A DNA stretch of 64,000 nucleotides from Bispira polyomma. Lineage: Eukaryota. Where the stretch lies: contig OZ287758.1 in NCBI GenBank assembly GCA_965649765.1, forward strand, positions 5,828,001-5,892,000. Direction: 5' to 3'. Both the position numbers and the translations under genes were made by a program. Below the pieces are notes generated by a model. That model saw only the letters and a program-made list of their open reading frames with translations, did no database searches and had not been told where the DNA came from. This document shows, one piece after another, positions 20,503-34,782 of this stretch (positions are counted from its first letter, which is position 1; every line of letters begins with the position of its first letter).

Positions 20503-23500
20503 CTGTGCACAAAATTGAAACACACAGACACAACATCATGATATGGAAATATATCACTCCACATGAAGAACCGGTCTTGATTAGATTGATACACTAACAT
20601 AGCAGACGTAGATAGTGTCACTTTTAATGATTGAGCTACTCTTGTACTTTAGTTACCAGCACCGTTAAACAAATTAAAAACATTTAATTGATTTTTTTTT
20701 ATATATTTAATTGTTTTTAATATTTTATTTTTTTAATTATTTTTTTAATAATCACATGTAGAACTCTACACAAAGGTGATGGTAGCGGTCCGATAGTAAT
20801 TGACAGTTTAAATTGAAATAAACTTTAAACTTAATTTTTAGTAACTTTTACATACAAAATATAACTACTTCAAAATTCCCTTGCATAATATTTGTATCAC
20901 TCATATTAGAACATAAATAAATTTTTTATCCCAACACAGACAGTTTATACATGGTACAGTGAATGTGTGTAATCAGGGAATATACGTATTCCTGATATTA
21001 TCAGGTAGTTCTACACATTTACTGAACCAAGTTCCTACTAAAGCTCGGACATGTCCACAAGTCTTAAGTGGTGGTGGCGTGAAAGTGGCATACCATATTT
21101 TAAATAAGCTACATCACAGGTGGCGCAAAATGTCCAAGTCAGTGGTGTAAAAGTGGTGTAATAGGTTAGGACCAAGCTATGCTAGTAGGTGACAGGGGGA
21201 TGGGAGGGGGTGTGACTGGCACAAATATTGTATTTGGTAATGTACGTTGTGGTACATGCATGAGTTATCAATATTGCCTTTACATTAATTGTGCTTCTGT
21301 TGATTTTTAACCAATCAGTCTGTAATGGCATGAAACTGAGGGGCAAGGGGTAGGGTTAGTTGGAATGTTACTGATGCATGCTAATTGAATAAATTGCTTA
21401 TGGCCTGGTCACACCTACACGTGCTAATGTCCCTCAACATAGCAAAGTCTATAAACTAAAAACCTGGTAGCTTCGTGTCAAAGTGACGTCATTTTTATAA
21501 AGGGGGAGTCGATTGGGACGTTTTTGTGACGTTTCATGATGTTCTGTGACCATATTGCTACTTGTACACACGAAGAGGGGGCAAAAAAACGGACCCTTTA
21601 CTGGTAGGATATCACTACCTACTACTACGTAGAGCTAATGTACTGCTACTTACGGCTGCATTCTGCTGCCTTTTGCTACTTGGTGAAACTTTCTCGACTA
21701 ACGGAGACGATCTCACTACTTACTGGGACTTCCTCGCTACCTACTACTACATAGAGCTACTTACTGATACGTCTATGCTACTTTCGGAAACGTTCAGGGA
21801 CGAACAGAGAAACGGGGAGAAATGAGAGCTGTGACTGTAGTGTTTCAAACAGTTTGAAGCACTACACAAAAAAGATGAAACGGAGACGTTTCCAGAACGA
21901 TATCATCCGTCGCAAAACGTAAAGAAACGATCACAGAAGAGATCCTTACTTCCTACTACGTTTCAAAACGTTTCTAAAATTAATACAACGTAACACAAAC
22001 GTAGCTCCAGAACATGTAGGTGTGACCAGGACATTAGCACGTAGGTCTAGGTGTGGGGTATTGGGGTAAGGGGGTGGGGGTATGCCCCTCCCTATTACCC
22101 CCTCTACTAAGAATGACATGTGTATCAGAGAACATGGTTATATATTGGGTACACAACACTAGAAGGGCAAGTGGTGGCATTAGTTGGACTTTTATTGATA
22201 CACAAGTCTTACTACTTAATTATCAGGCCAACACCATATACACACTGAGTGTGGGATGTCGTTAATTTACTTCAATTGGGTTAATATGTAAATATAATTT
22301 ATAAATGTAAATATGTGTTTGAATAATATGATGCAACTGATGTACGGAGTCATAATGAGCAGCAGTACATGTAGATTACAACTGTGGAAAATTATGTAAA
22401 ATTGGTTTATTAATACAACTTGTACCGCATAAAGTTTGACATGATTAGTTGTTTAGACTATCTTGGCATGGCTTAGTATCATGGTTGAAAACTAGATTTG
22501 CTTTACAAGTGTTAGTATTTTATCCTTATCTACCATGCATGAAATAATTATGATTCAACTAGGTGAATTGGACCAGCCTTCTCAAAGCACTAGTTTCTAT
22601 ATATAAAGTCATACTACCCTCGTATAATACTTGAGACAAAATGACTTAGAGAAAGTCTAGTTAAAACCCAATAGAAGCACAATTAATATACAGTGTATGA
22701 TTTTCCACAGACAGCCAAGCAATGAAATACCTTAAAAAGAGAACAGGAATGTGTGAAAGTTTCTTTTGATATTTGACTTTTGTGTGAATGTGGTTCGAGT
22801 GGTACAATCAAGTTCAGTTAAATAAAAATTACGGAGCCTTTGCTGTTATTGACATGAGTGGCATTAATTGGACTTTTGTTGATGGTGGTGTGAATTAATC
22901 CTTGTCCAACTTATGCAACTTATTCCCTCCCATTTCCCTCTACTAACAATATATTAATGTTTAGATGGAGAATGAATGGCCTAAACTTATTAATATGTTT
23001 TCACTGTGTTAACATTCTTACTCATCCCTACACAAACTTGACATCACAAAGTAGTTCAACTAAGGTGGTAGGGTGAATTACGTCAATTCTTACCCATCAC
23101 CCCAATATCCCATCTTACTAACACAAAATTTACGCCACCTAATTAAATCCATGATCTAGTAGAATGAAGAGACTTAACAATCCTCACTATCCAGTTAGCC
23201 CCATGATCTAGTATAACAAAGAGACCTAACCAGCCCCACTACCCAGTTAGCCCCATGATCTGGTACAGTGATAAGACCCAACCAGCCCCACTACCCAGTT
23301 AGCCCCATCACCTAGTACAGTGATGATACCCTGTCAGCCCCACTACCCAGTTAGCCCGATCATTTAATACAGTGATGAGATCCAACCAGCCACACCACAT
23401 GGTTAGCCCCATGATCTAGTAGAGTGATGAGAGCCAACCAGCCACACCACCCAGTTAGCCCCATGATCTGGTACAGTGATGAGACCAACCAGCCACACTT

Positions 23501-26500
23501 TCCATTTAGCCAAATAATCTATTACAATTGTCAAACACAACCAGCCCCACCACCCAGTTAGCTCTATAATCTAGTACAGTGATGAGACCCAATCAGCCCC
23601 ACTACCCAGTTAGCCCCATGATGTGGTACAGTGATGAGAAATTGGCCAGATATATACACCCCTTGAGGCTTTCTGCCTATAGGTCTAGAAGGACTTAATA
23701 TATATGTAACAGGGTCAAGAAATCCTAAATAATTAAGGCCCTGTTCAAACTAATCTGGATTGACCTGGATTTGGGATTGAACAGTTTTCAGTGTCATTCA
23801 GGTTCAGTGTCCACATTACAAAACTTAATCCGAGTTCTAGAAACCTTTAGTTTTTATGGGGCAGATGTTAAACATTGAATACAGTAAAACCTTATAAATT
23901 AGACTTCGCTAAGATTTATATTATTTTTCACACTAAACATTTGTAGGGGAAAAATTAATTTTCTTAGAACAAATGTTTAACCAATGTTTTATACTTAAAA
24001 TTACAAAGGATATCTCAATTTTATTTTTCCCAATACATTACAAGAACATGTTTGGTAATTCGTGTCAATCCCTTAACCATTTAACCCTGAGGTACAGGTG
24101 AATTGCAATCAAACCTCAGAAGTATCTGTGGGTGTAATATAACAACAGTTGAACCCATTTAAGTAGAACCTCGAGTGATCAAGATAAATACCTCTACTTA
24201 ATCAGGACTTCCACTTATCAGGGTAGATTAAAAAAATCATTTGTGAGACTATAAATACCCTCTACATAAGAAGGAAATTGAACCTATATTCTACTGTTTT
24301 TTTTAATTGAAATAAAAATCAGAACTGAAGCTCCATACAACCTATACAAATTTAAAGGTGTGAATAATAGATTAGTGGAAATATTTAAAGCCATGTTATT
24401 GTAAGAATCAAACCTTCCCTTTCTTTTCAAAAATACTGTTTAATACTGTAAAACTTGATTTTAATACAAAATGTCATGGGCTAATTTTTCATTTCAAATC
24501 AAGATCAGTATGTCTTTTGTTCCTTTTAATGATGTGCGTATGACTATATATTGCATTGTACTGTATATATATATGTGTGTATATATGAAAACAAATTAAA
24601 AAGAAGAGGGCAATTGACTTCACAGAGTGAACATTAAAACAAGTTGAGTTTAACTGAAGCCATCTCTATACACTAGATAAGCCTAAGCCAATATGTCATT
24701 TTTAGACAGACTATTTGATTACAATCTAACACCCACTGACCACTGTGACTCCGAGTTGAGAGTGTTCACACACGGTACAGGGTTGGCTCAATCCGGGTCA
24801 AGTTGCTTGAATTCACCTCTGGAGGAGGGTTCTTTCTAATCTGTGTTAATACTGATCGGGAGCGTTCACACTAACCATATATCTGCTTTAATCCAGGTTA
24901 ATCAGGTTAAATTTACAAGTGTGAATGCAAGGTAAGTGAGCTAAACTGTTTGAGATGCCATTTTGTGTTTGAAGTCAAGTAGAGCCCAGATTGGATGTAC
25001 TGATCAAATATCAAAGAAAACAATCATAAACTATTGGTAAAAATACCATCATTACAGACATCGTCTTGTCTGCTGGTTTCTCTAGTGTCCACATGATAAA
25101 CTATTTTAAAGTTTACTGCACATTGAGGACACCAGACCTAAAATGTTATAGTTGAAATAATATCTTGTTTTCAATCACAAATAAAGTATGTAACTAATTC
25201 TAAGCAGTTTGAAATAATGCCTTAGAGAAAAAAATCATTTCACAGGCCATTATATGCTCTGAGGACCACTGGACCTAAGAATGTTATCATTTCAATTAGA
25301 ACATAGTTGCATTCACAAAAGGGTATATGCAAAAGCACTTTTGTTATTACAATTAGTCCATCTACAGGGAAATGTCCAATACTGTAGTACAGATCAAACT
25401 AACTTAATTGTACACATTCAAATTATTCAATCCTTAAATTATTACGTTTTCTATAATCCATGACCTGAACTATGGAATGTACACTCTCCACAATTTACTC
25501 ATTTAATTTATGCATTCCATTGATGTCAGATATGAAATGTATACATTTAATGCCTAGCCTGTGGAATGTATAGATTCAACAGTTTAGTCATGGAATGTGT
25601 ACATTCCACAGTTATCTACTTTCAGTGCAACATTTAGGATAAAAATCTTGAGGGCTTTCTTTCAAGGTCAATTCTATGAGCCCTAATCTTTACCCCAGAA
25701 GGTGTTCACATTTGTTTTACATTTCCCCTTAAAGATCTTGCTATTGTAAATGCAATAAATTAAAGTTGGCTGTGGTGTACTGTGGTGTACTGTGGTGTAC
25801 TGTTGCATACTATGAAGATAATTCAGAAAGTTCACCCCACCCTCCCGCACTTTGAGGCATTGTGGTTTGGAATTTGAAACCAACTTACAGAAATCATGGG
25901 CTGGTAATTTTGTAAACAGGTAACATTTGACACTTGATCTGTCTACCTGATTTCGACAAAATTGCTCAAATCATGTAGCGTCCACATCTTTAACTTCTGT
26001 AGAGCAGTTTACTCTAGTTATAAAGAACCTTTGCGAAATGGAATAGGTGTGAGATCAGCAAGAACGGAAAGCAGAACCTGTGATTGGCTCTTAAAGCACA
26101 TCTTGAGACAACTGGAGCCAATGCATCTGGACGGAGCTTAAATGGGGCATAAACTGCTCAGAACTTGTGTGATCTAGACAGAACAGGTGTACTTTGGTGT
26201 AATCTGGAGCAAACGTCGCATGAAAATGTGATGAACTGCTTAGATCTTGGTCTCGTCAAAAAGGTTAAATATGTGGCATTTGAACCAGTGTAGTTACAAA
26301 TTATCGGTGAGTCACCCTTAAAATTACTCTAAAGATCATAGCACACTGAATCCGGCGCGACGTGACACAGCAAAAAATAGAAACCCAATAAAATAACCAG
26401 ATATTGCACACTAAATCTGGCGCGACGCGGCCCATTTTTTTAAAATAGAAATTTCTCTATTTTTTGTGGTGTCGCGTCTGAGCCGTTCCCAGAATGGCTG

Positions 26501-29500
26501 AAAAAGTATTTTCTCACATGTTAACTGCTTAGTAACATATTCTGTTTAATGGAGCAATGACTGGCCAGCATATACATCTATTAATAAAATAGTTAAATAG
26601 TTTTATATAATGTGACATTCATTTACTCCTCTTGAGTAAAAAAATACACATAAAAGATTTCCTCTTCAATGCACACAGAGAAACAAATAATTGTCTCCTG
26701 TGATACACTCTAGTCAATATGTGTTGCACAATGCAACTGATGACACTGTATGAATATGGGAGTCTTTTATAGGCAACATAAATGGTCAATTGCAATGTGA
26801 AAAGTTCAGCAGGGATAAAAATGTTAACACAGGGCCCACACCAAATATCTAACTTTTATGGTTGATTGCAATCGATTGCACTTATTAATGACATCTCTGC
26901 TAACTCTGAAAATCACTGCAATCTCGTTTTAAATATAAATTGGTATTTAAGGATGTGGGAATATATGCCACAACAACATTAAAACTTAATTGCAATTTTA
27001 AAAAGTGGCAAAGCAAATGGGGAATCCCAATGATTGAAATTTACACTACTACTAGAGATTGGTGTGCAGATTGACGACATATTCTCTTTTCAGATATAGT
27101 ATTCTTCTATTCAATCATATTGATTGCTAACAAGTGTGTGAGATACATTTTACAACATATTTTTTTAAATGGTTCTTCAATATTTTAATCTAAATACTTT
27201 TTTTGATGTTACTGCTGTGTACTTTCACTTTTGGTGTGCAAGCAAGGTATATTTGCTCCAGTGTCGCGTCACGTCGCGCCGGATTCAGTGTGTAATGGGC
27301 TTTACCTGTCAACTCGAAGATACAACTTGCGTTTTTGCTTTTTTAAATAAATATTTAATGTTGGTTTGCTTTACTTGAATATTAACAGATGAATTATAAC
27401 TTATAAATCTGGGAACCTCATTTGGTGTCCAGATGTGCTGTCTTCACGATTCTGGTCCAGTCTGCTCACATCACATAGCAAGCAGTATGCATAATCAGCA
27501 ATTTGCTGAGGGAACAATCCAACAGACAAAAATAAAAATATGACCACTAGTCGAACATCCTTTATAATAGCTCACTCAAAGCCAATTAATTCATCAAATA
27601 TTACGTTACCACCTCTTTAGAGATAATAACTTGCATGCCTGTCTTCGCATCAAACATATTTCCATTTAATTTTAGGGTAGAATCTTTTCTTATTTTGACA
27701 ACTTTATAATAGTTTGGATTGCGATCCCAGTATTATTGTTGAGGGTCTAAATATGTTAGTATAAAGCGATGTCATTGGTTACTGTGTCAGCGATTCTGAT
27801 TGACTGACATTATTCATTAATTACTTTGTCAAAGAGGGAATCTTTTATTTTACAAATAAAATAAAATAATAAATAAATATTTTAAACTAGTGGACACATT
27901 CTCAGTACCAATTACTCCCGACACATAAATCTACATTCTATATATAAATGGCAGGAAGTGCAGATGAATAAGGAGTTGAATTATTGTGAAGGTCGAACTG
28001 TCTAGATACTGACTATAATTGCTAACCAAGCAATAAAGTACACATTAACACGATTTACTTGTGACTCGTGACAACGGCAATGTGTGACCATCAACTCGCA
28101 CTTGAAACTCATGACCGCCAATAATTATTAATGTATCAATCAATGTTTTAAAAGTTTTATCACTCTTTTAAGATCGTCAATTAATAGATAAATTTAGTGT
28201 TAAATCTGCGGACCTTGTTTTTTATTGAGTCTGTGGCTGATGTATATGTATCGGAAGTGAAGCATGTGTATGTAATTTTATGCAAATTAGACAATCTATG
28301 ATCGTAGAAAGTTACGGGAAGTAACAACTTCCATTTAAGGTTATTTAACTATTTTGCCTAAGGAAGAACCGTCAAAAAATTTCATAAAATGATAAAAATT
28401 GAATAAAATATTACCGTATACATGTATATAGACTTATTTGCTTTGATAAACATTTTATTATTGTGTTTTTGAAAAAAAATTTAGCCGTTTTCGACACAAG
28501 GGTGTGTTTTTCCGTCAAGCTTTCATATTATATATATAAACCTCATTGATATAAACAAGCCTGTTAATTGCTTCCATTCTTCTAACTTCACCTATTTCAC
28601 TTATTAATGTTGATGTGTTGTGTTTGTCAATATAAAATGCAGTAAACACGTTTACAGGTCAGCCTTAAGAAGAATATATATAACTTGGAGGTCATTAACA
28701 CTTTTACTTAGGGCTGAGTTGTGGGTTCAAGTTGCTGGTCAAGAGTTTCCATGGTCGTAAGTTCTTTGTATACAAGTAACACATATCATTTAGGATTGTT
28801 GCAAAAAATTCTGTCTCTGGGTTAAAATTCTCTATCCAAATTACCAGAAATGCCCCCCCACCCTAGAATTGTTATATACATTATATACATATATTACCAA
28901 CCAAGTTATTAGCCACAATGAAGGGAGTGACCAGTAATTTTCTCATTCTATTGATGGAATTTCCCACTTCTGTGTTTGATATCACGAATTTCCGCTCAGG
29001 TTGTTCTTCAGAAAACATTTGGTATGACTTTTCTTTCAATAATGGATTAGCTTTGACCAGCCAGCTTAGTAGATTAAATTTAGATCAGCATTGATCAAAT
29101 ATGGATGACAGATGTTTGAGGGAAGAGAAATACCAAGAACAGAATAAATATTTAATATTTCCAGATAAAGTGATTCTTGGTTTGTAGATACGGATTTGAT
29201 ACAATAATCACCAGAAACTTTTTCTCAACTTCTGATCTTGTTTGTAAATACCGCCCAATGTTCTTGACGTTATAAGAGAGCTGTATATCATTGCCTAGTA
29301 GTGTAATTGGAAGTAATGATGATCTAAAGTATTGACTTGGTTTCTTACCAAAGAGTGTCAAATCCTTTCATATTTAAGATCAGTGTTTTTGATTCACACA
29401 AATATATTTTAAAGATGTTAGATGAATCTATAAGACAAATATCAAGTCAGAAAATCTGTATCGCATATACTTACTGTGACGTAGGCCTTTAATCAATAAC

Positions 29501-32500
29501 CTACACTGTGAAAACTGATACTTTTAACAATTTTAGGTATGTAGTCTTAATTTAAGTAACAATATCTTTATGTATTAGAATTGCAATTCGTACACTAATC
29601 ACAAAGTAAATAATGGAGATTTTTAGTAATACCACAATGAACATCTTAGCTTGAAATAGACACCCAAATTGAGGTTTTTATCTCAAAAATTGCTTTTTAG
29701 GGATGAGCCCAAAGGAGCACCGAGGAATAGTAGGTAATGCCACAACTTGTTTTGTAATTTTGATGAGCTGGACATGCCCAAAAATCTCATAAAAAATCAA
29801 TACTAACGAATTTGTTGTTGGAATCGATCCCCCCATAAATTGCGAAGCACAAGAGGCAAAATTCTTTGCTCAATGTGAATTTCAAACTATAGCTCCCTAC
29901 CAGTTCCGAGTACTACTTGTTAACACGCCACAGGTAACTTGCTTGCGTATCCACAATTAGGTTAAAAAGAAATTCATCACCTACTTGCGGTGCTCTAGAA
30001 GAAAAGTTCATCCACAACAAAAATATCAGTACTATTGAGTTAAACTAACATGGCAGTTTATGATGGGATGACTACTATAAGACTGAAGTGATTTATACCT
30101 TGATTTAAATTGAAAAAAACCTGGTTACCAGTAATGAGTTGTATCTTACAGTTAAGGGTATAACTAACATGTTAGTGTAAATATATATGTTGTGTGTCTC
30201 TAAGTTGAACTATAACAGAACCTGTTTGCCTCTGTTTTCATATTGTAACCTTTAGTCTTATCTGCCCACTCTTGTGGGACTACAAACTGAGCGTGTATGA
30301 CAGAAGTAGGTTTCTTTTTTCCCAGTTTTGACCTTTTTCATCGATAGCACTTTTAGTGATTGCTTTTTACCATTCAAAGACTTTTTTTCTAGAAAGAATT
30401 AGTGCTTTAGATAATGTTACATCAAGTTGGTGCTATACAACTTACTTCTTCAGTAGTTAAATTAAACCTCGAATCAAGCAGGTAACTTGTTAAGTTACCA
30501 GCCCCTCCCTTCACTATAAAGCTTACAGGCCTTAAGGGATTCCAGGCAGCTTTATTACCAATTTTGTAGGCAAGCATTAATGAGACTAAATTTTGTGTGT
30601 TATTGCCTTGTAATTTATAATGTGTAGAGAAAAATATTTTTTATTTATGTGTCACATGTTATCACATGTACAAATATGTATCCCCTTTAAATGTCAACTT
30701 GAAATCATTGTGCCAATCTGTAGCTTTGAGCCATTTGTAGTGCTTTGTAGTACCGACCCGAAATTATAGGCAAGTAGTTAATATTACCCCGGGTAATAAC
30801 TGTCATTCAGTTTATCATAATGGGAAATTGTCACTGAACCAGATTTCCCCTTTTTTCCCCGAAGCCATTTTTGAATGCCAGAAGCAAAATCAATGCACAT
30901 GCCAAAATTGTGGCAAAATCAAATGTGTGGCAAAATTAAGCGTGGCAAAATTATCATACACAGTGATCTCTACAATAAACTTTTTTGACAAAGCAATCTA
31001 TAAATACTTACCCTTATTCAGTTCATCTAATCGTGCTTCCAACCTGATCACTTCCCCATCAACATTGCTTATTGCCTCTGTAGAAAAATGACAAAATTTT
31101 TCAGTAGGGTTTTTACCAGTTTTATTTTTACCCCTGGGTATTCTGCAGCTGTCATCGCTGTTACTGCATTAAGGTTTTGCTTGAATATTTCCGTTATTAC
31201 ATTACATCAAAATTGCTCTATCTGGCACTGTTATCACATTTCCTGAAAATAGGTAGAAATTCAAGATGGCCGCTAAAATCTAAAATTTTTTGAAAAATTG
31301 TCACAGGCTCTGAAAAAATACACTGTTGGCCCAAAATGAGTTTAAAATCACCATTTACAAGAAGTTCAAAATAGCGCCCAAAATCGTAAAATTGTTCAAA
31401 AATGGTTACAGACTCTAAACAAGATGTCCTATAGACCCAAAATGAGGTCAAAATCACTATCTCGTACTGTTTCCGAGTTAATCAACATTTTCATTTGCAA
31501 TCTATACGAAATAAAAACTTTTTAAAAATTTGTAACCCAAAAACTATACATCAGGAAAGTTCCATGAAATATATACATGTGGTAAGGCATATGTATGCAA
31601 AATTACAGACTATTCCCTTTAGTGGTTCTGGATGAATGATCAAAGAAAGTGCTGTTTGTTGAGGAAAGGTAGCCCTTTTAATTTGCAGAGAAGAAGCTGT
31701 TGACGTGGAAGCAGACTTAAAATCACATATCATTCTTACAGAATTCCTAAGCATGGAAAGCAATTGAAAGAATAATAACTTTAGTAAATACTGGCCGTGA
31801 TCTGTTACATTATATAAGAAGTAACAGAAGCAGTTGTTTGCATAGCTTACCAAGATACAATTTTCGTCATTTTGTGTATCAATATTCTGTTGTTTTTACA
31901 CCTCCAAGATTAGCTAGTGGAAGTGAAGTACATTTCACAGTTCAATGAAATTTGGCATGCACATTGGAAATACAAGACTAGGTGTCGGTAAAATCTGAAT
32001 CAATTAGATCATAATTAACTGATTGATTGATTGATTTAATCGTAAAAAATGGGAAAGCAAATGTTGATGGGTAGTTTTATCAGCGAGTGGGACAATTTTT
32101 TATTTTAGACCAGTACATAAAGCGCAAACTTATTAAAGAAAAACCTCAATTTTCTAGCTAGACTATGTCACCTGTCATAATTCAAGGCACACTCTTTCTA
32201 TTTTCTTATGTTAAATATTACTGAAGTAGTTGTTTTCATTTCACCATACCATTGTGCAAGTTGAGATTCTCCTTCAGGTCAACCAACTCTGTTTCTAGTT
32301 TGTTTTCTTGTTGATCAACTTTATTGCTGATTGTCTCTGTAAACCATAAGATAAAATGTTTTAAAGTGGATTTACTGGTTTAGTGTGTGTATGGGCCTTG
32401 TATTTAATATGTACAGTGTCAGATATTTGCTAAATGGAAGATTTTGTGCCATTTGATTGAAACTTTAGGCACAAAATAATGTGAATGTGAGAATCATAAG

Positions 32501-32932
32501 CCTGAATAAGAATCACTTAGATGTGAAAATATGCAATGAATACAAAGAAAATATATTTTATGTTAAATTAAGCAGGCGTTGTCTGAATCTAAGGATAGGC
32601 CCCGAATAATATTAGACTCGTATATACACTTCAATTTGTAAACTATACAATGAGTACCATACAAGTAAAATAAATTATGTTATTTCGAATATTATTTGAC
32701 TATCATTCTGAGATTAGAATTATGTTAAATAGTGCTGAATGTTTTGGTTTCATGTTATTATACCATTCAGATTCTCCACCATGGCTTTCATTCTGTGTAG
32801 TGCTTCCCTTAAAATCGTCACCTCTTCATACAGGCCAGTATTCTCAACACAATTTCTTGTATCCACTTCAGGTTTAGTGGTCAACTGAGAGTGACCTACA
32901 GAGATGATCACCAGTATCAGTAGAGTCTTCAT
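20055..32932 (-). CDS. Secreted coiled-coil + globular C1q domain protein (C1qDC); complement join(32932..32764,31077..31012,20502..20055), frameshift at the C14 run 20438-20451
   Basis: Signal peptide MKTLLILVIISVGHS, then heptad-like segment LYEEVTILREALHRMKAMVENLNEAISNVDGEVIRLEARLDELNKERL, then C1q motifs (AFMA, LIF...YNEG..YNNNTGEYTCPVTGVYFF, LVLQCDSGEKVWV, FSGFLI). Two phase-1 GT-AG introns join cleanly. Confidence 0.82.
21401..22033. mobile_element. PIF/Harbinger-type MITE
   Basis: 22-bp TIRs TGGCCTGGTCACACCTACACGT / rc TGTCCTGGTCACACCTACATGT, with TTA on both flanks. Confidence 0.85.
23150..23639. repeat. 52-bp minisatellite, ~9 diverged copies
   Basis: Unit ccagttagccccatgatctagtacagtgatgagacccaaccagccccactac. 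Confidence 0.92.
26333..27301. mobile_element. PIF/Harbinger-type MITE
   Basis: TIR core CACACTGAATCCGGCGCGACGTGAC is inverted at ~27268-27292; TAA/TTA flanks. Confidence 0.85.
31012..31077 (-). CDS. C1qDC coiled-coil exon (EAISNVDGEVIRLEARLDELNK)
   Basis: Acceptor tcatttttctacag, donor gtaagt; 66 nt, phase 1-1. Confidence 0.8.
31120..32295. mobile_element. Old rearranged relative of the 3896-5695 HINE family
   Basis: 31940-32150 resembles 4495-4710 (gttcaatgaaatttggcatgcac...tgttgatgggt); reverse-oriented 142-bp-like units (aaattcaagatggccg) at 31220-31490. Confidence 0.55.
32764..32932 (-). CDS. C1qDC first coding exon (signal peptide + coiled coil)
   Basis: ATG at 32932. An acceptor ctcttttgcag at 32948 implies an upstream non-coding exon. 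Donor gtataa at 32763; 169 nt = 56 codons + 1. Confidence 0.8.
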
Positions 32933-33227
32933 GCTTCTCTCTAATATCTGCAAAAGAGCTTGAGTCTTCAAAGAGAAGCAACATAATTTTCACATGAATA
33001 CATTAATCCTTAGGTATGTAACTAAACCAGCCTACATTACAAAGAACCAAGGACTGTCTTTTCACAAGCTCTAATCCTTTAGAATTAGACCACATGGATA
33101 TAATTGAAGTAGGACAAGGTATCCTTTAAAACTACATTAAAGCCTTAACTACTAGAACATTGTATACCACACATGAATATAAAACAGGTTAAATTAGGGG
33201 ACTTCTTGAAGCCTACGTTAAACTGTT

Positions 33228-33393
33228 AACCACTGGACAATGTGATACGATATACATATATAATACGAGTACAACCAGAGAGTGTCTAGTGACTAGACTG
33301 AATCCTAAACCACGAGACAATGTAATACGATATACATATATAATACGAGTACAACCAAAGAGTGTCTAGTGACTAGACTGAATCCTAAACCAC
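33228..33393. repeat. 80-bp tandem duplication within a more diverged array
   Basis: gacaatgt.atacgatatacatatataatacgagtacaacca.agagtgtctagtgactagactgaatcctaaaccac occurs twice. Confidence 0.9.
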
Positions 33394-34782
33394 CTGAATA
33401 TGGGATGTGACATACAGATAAAACGAAAGTCAAATCAGGGACTCTCTGAGTACTAGTTTAAACTTTTCACAACTTAACAATAAGAAACCACACATGGATA
33501 TAATGCTACTTCAAGTATATCCTCAGATCAACAGGTTATACCCTTAACCAATAGGCCAGTAGAATCTGGTGTTCCAATAGTGAGGTCACCATTTAAATGA
33601 AGAGGTTTACTATTGTTAACCAAAAGGGTACTGTAAACAATGAAAACATGATCACTTCTAGTTTGGAACTAAACACCAAAATGTTTTTTCCTCACCTAAA
33701 TAGCGCCTTTTAAAGGTGAAATATAGGTTATACCAACACTAGAAATCAGTAGCAACTCCCTGGTTACGGGTGTCAAGAAAGAACGGCTGGGAGTTTTAGT
33801 TTCAAATTATGGTTCATTTACTCTGCATGCAGATTGAGTAAACTAACTTTTATACTATTGGTTATTTTTTTGCATTTAGCTGCCCATTGGGTTCTCTCGG
33901 AACAGGGAGTAGGTACATTTATCCAATTTGTAGATGTATCTGTATTGTATGTATTATGGCACAGTGAACGATTTGTTCGAAAATTACATTTTTGTTTATT
34001 TTTTACACCATTTTTGGCCTTTGTGTGTGTAAACAAGGTCACATCAGAAGTAGTGGAGCTAAGCTTTTGAAATCATAGCACAATGTGCAGTAACTAACTA
34101 TTTATGATGGTCTATTCAGAAATTCTGTTTTTTTTTTTTGGGGGGGGGGGGTGGGGGGTACTTTTTTAGTGCTTATCTTGTTTTTTCTTTGTTATTTCCA
34201 GAATAGTCTTTGTGTGTATGTGTGTGAGTGTATATTTGTAAAACTAAAGCCTGTGTGTGTATTTGTGAATGCACAATGTAAAAGTTTTTTTTTTCCGAGT
34301 GAGTAGCCTGCATCATTAGATGGTACTGTCAACCAAGAAATATAGTCATTAATAAAACTGTCACATCTCAGTAAAAATTAAAGATGCAAATTTTGTTAGT
34401 GTATAATAAGATTGCTTCTGGCATCCACTGCTTCTTTACAACTATGTAGATAAGGATATCGGAGCATTTTTATACTTCCTCTTTGTCACAGACATTTATT
34501 AATTTATTGCCATTTAACTATAAAAGGAAAAACTTAGAGATCAAAGAGTCTGAGTGGTTTTCCTTTCTTTTGGATGAACAATAACAAAATATTTGTTGTT
34601 CAGTAAATATTTCTAATACCCATGTATCATTTACACAAATGAATCTGTTACAAAAATTAGCCCAACTTCTCGTACATTGCAAAATGTTTTGCATACATCT
34701 TGATAATTAAAGCATCATAATTCTTTCACCACTTTTAGAAATTGTGTAATAAATATTCAGCCTTCTTCAAAAAGAAAGACAG

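Noticed and set aside
20503-20557. Single-exon C1q gene with signal peptide MMLCLCVSILC
   Set aside because: The hydrophobic stretch is the TG-rich acceptor tract. Phase-compatible upstream exons supply a better signal peptide and a coiled coil.
29000-29361. Possible L2 RT-distal fragment (IQLSYNVKNIG)
   Set aside because: Too degraded to support without an alignment.
33834-34070. Hydrophobic ORF as a possible HCN S5 exon
   Set aside because: Only a chance HW dipeptide; no GCLQF or pore motifs.
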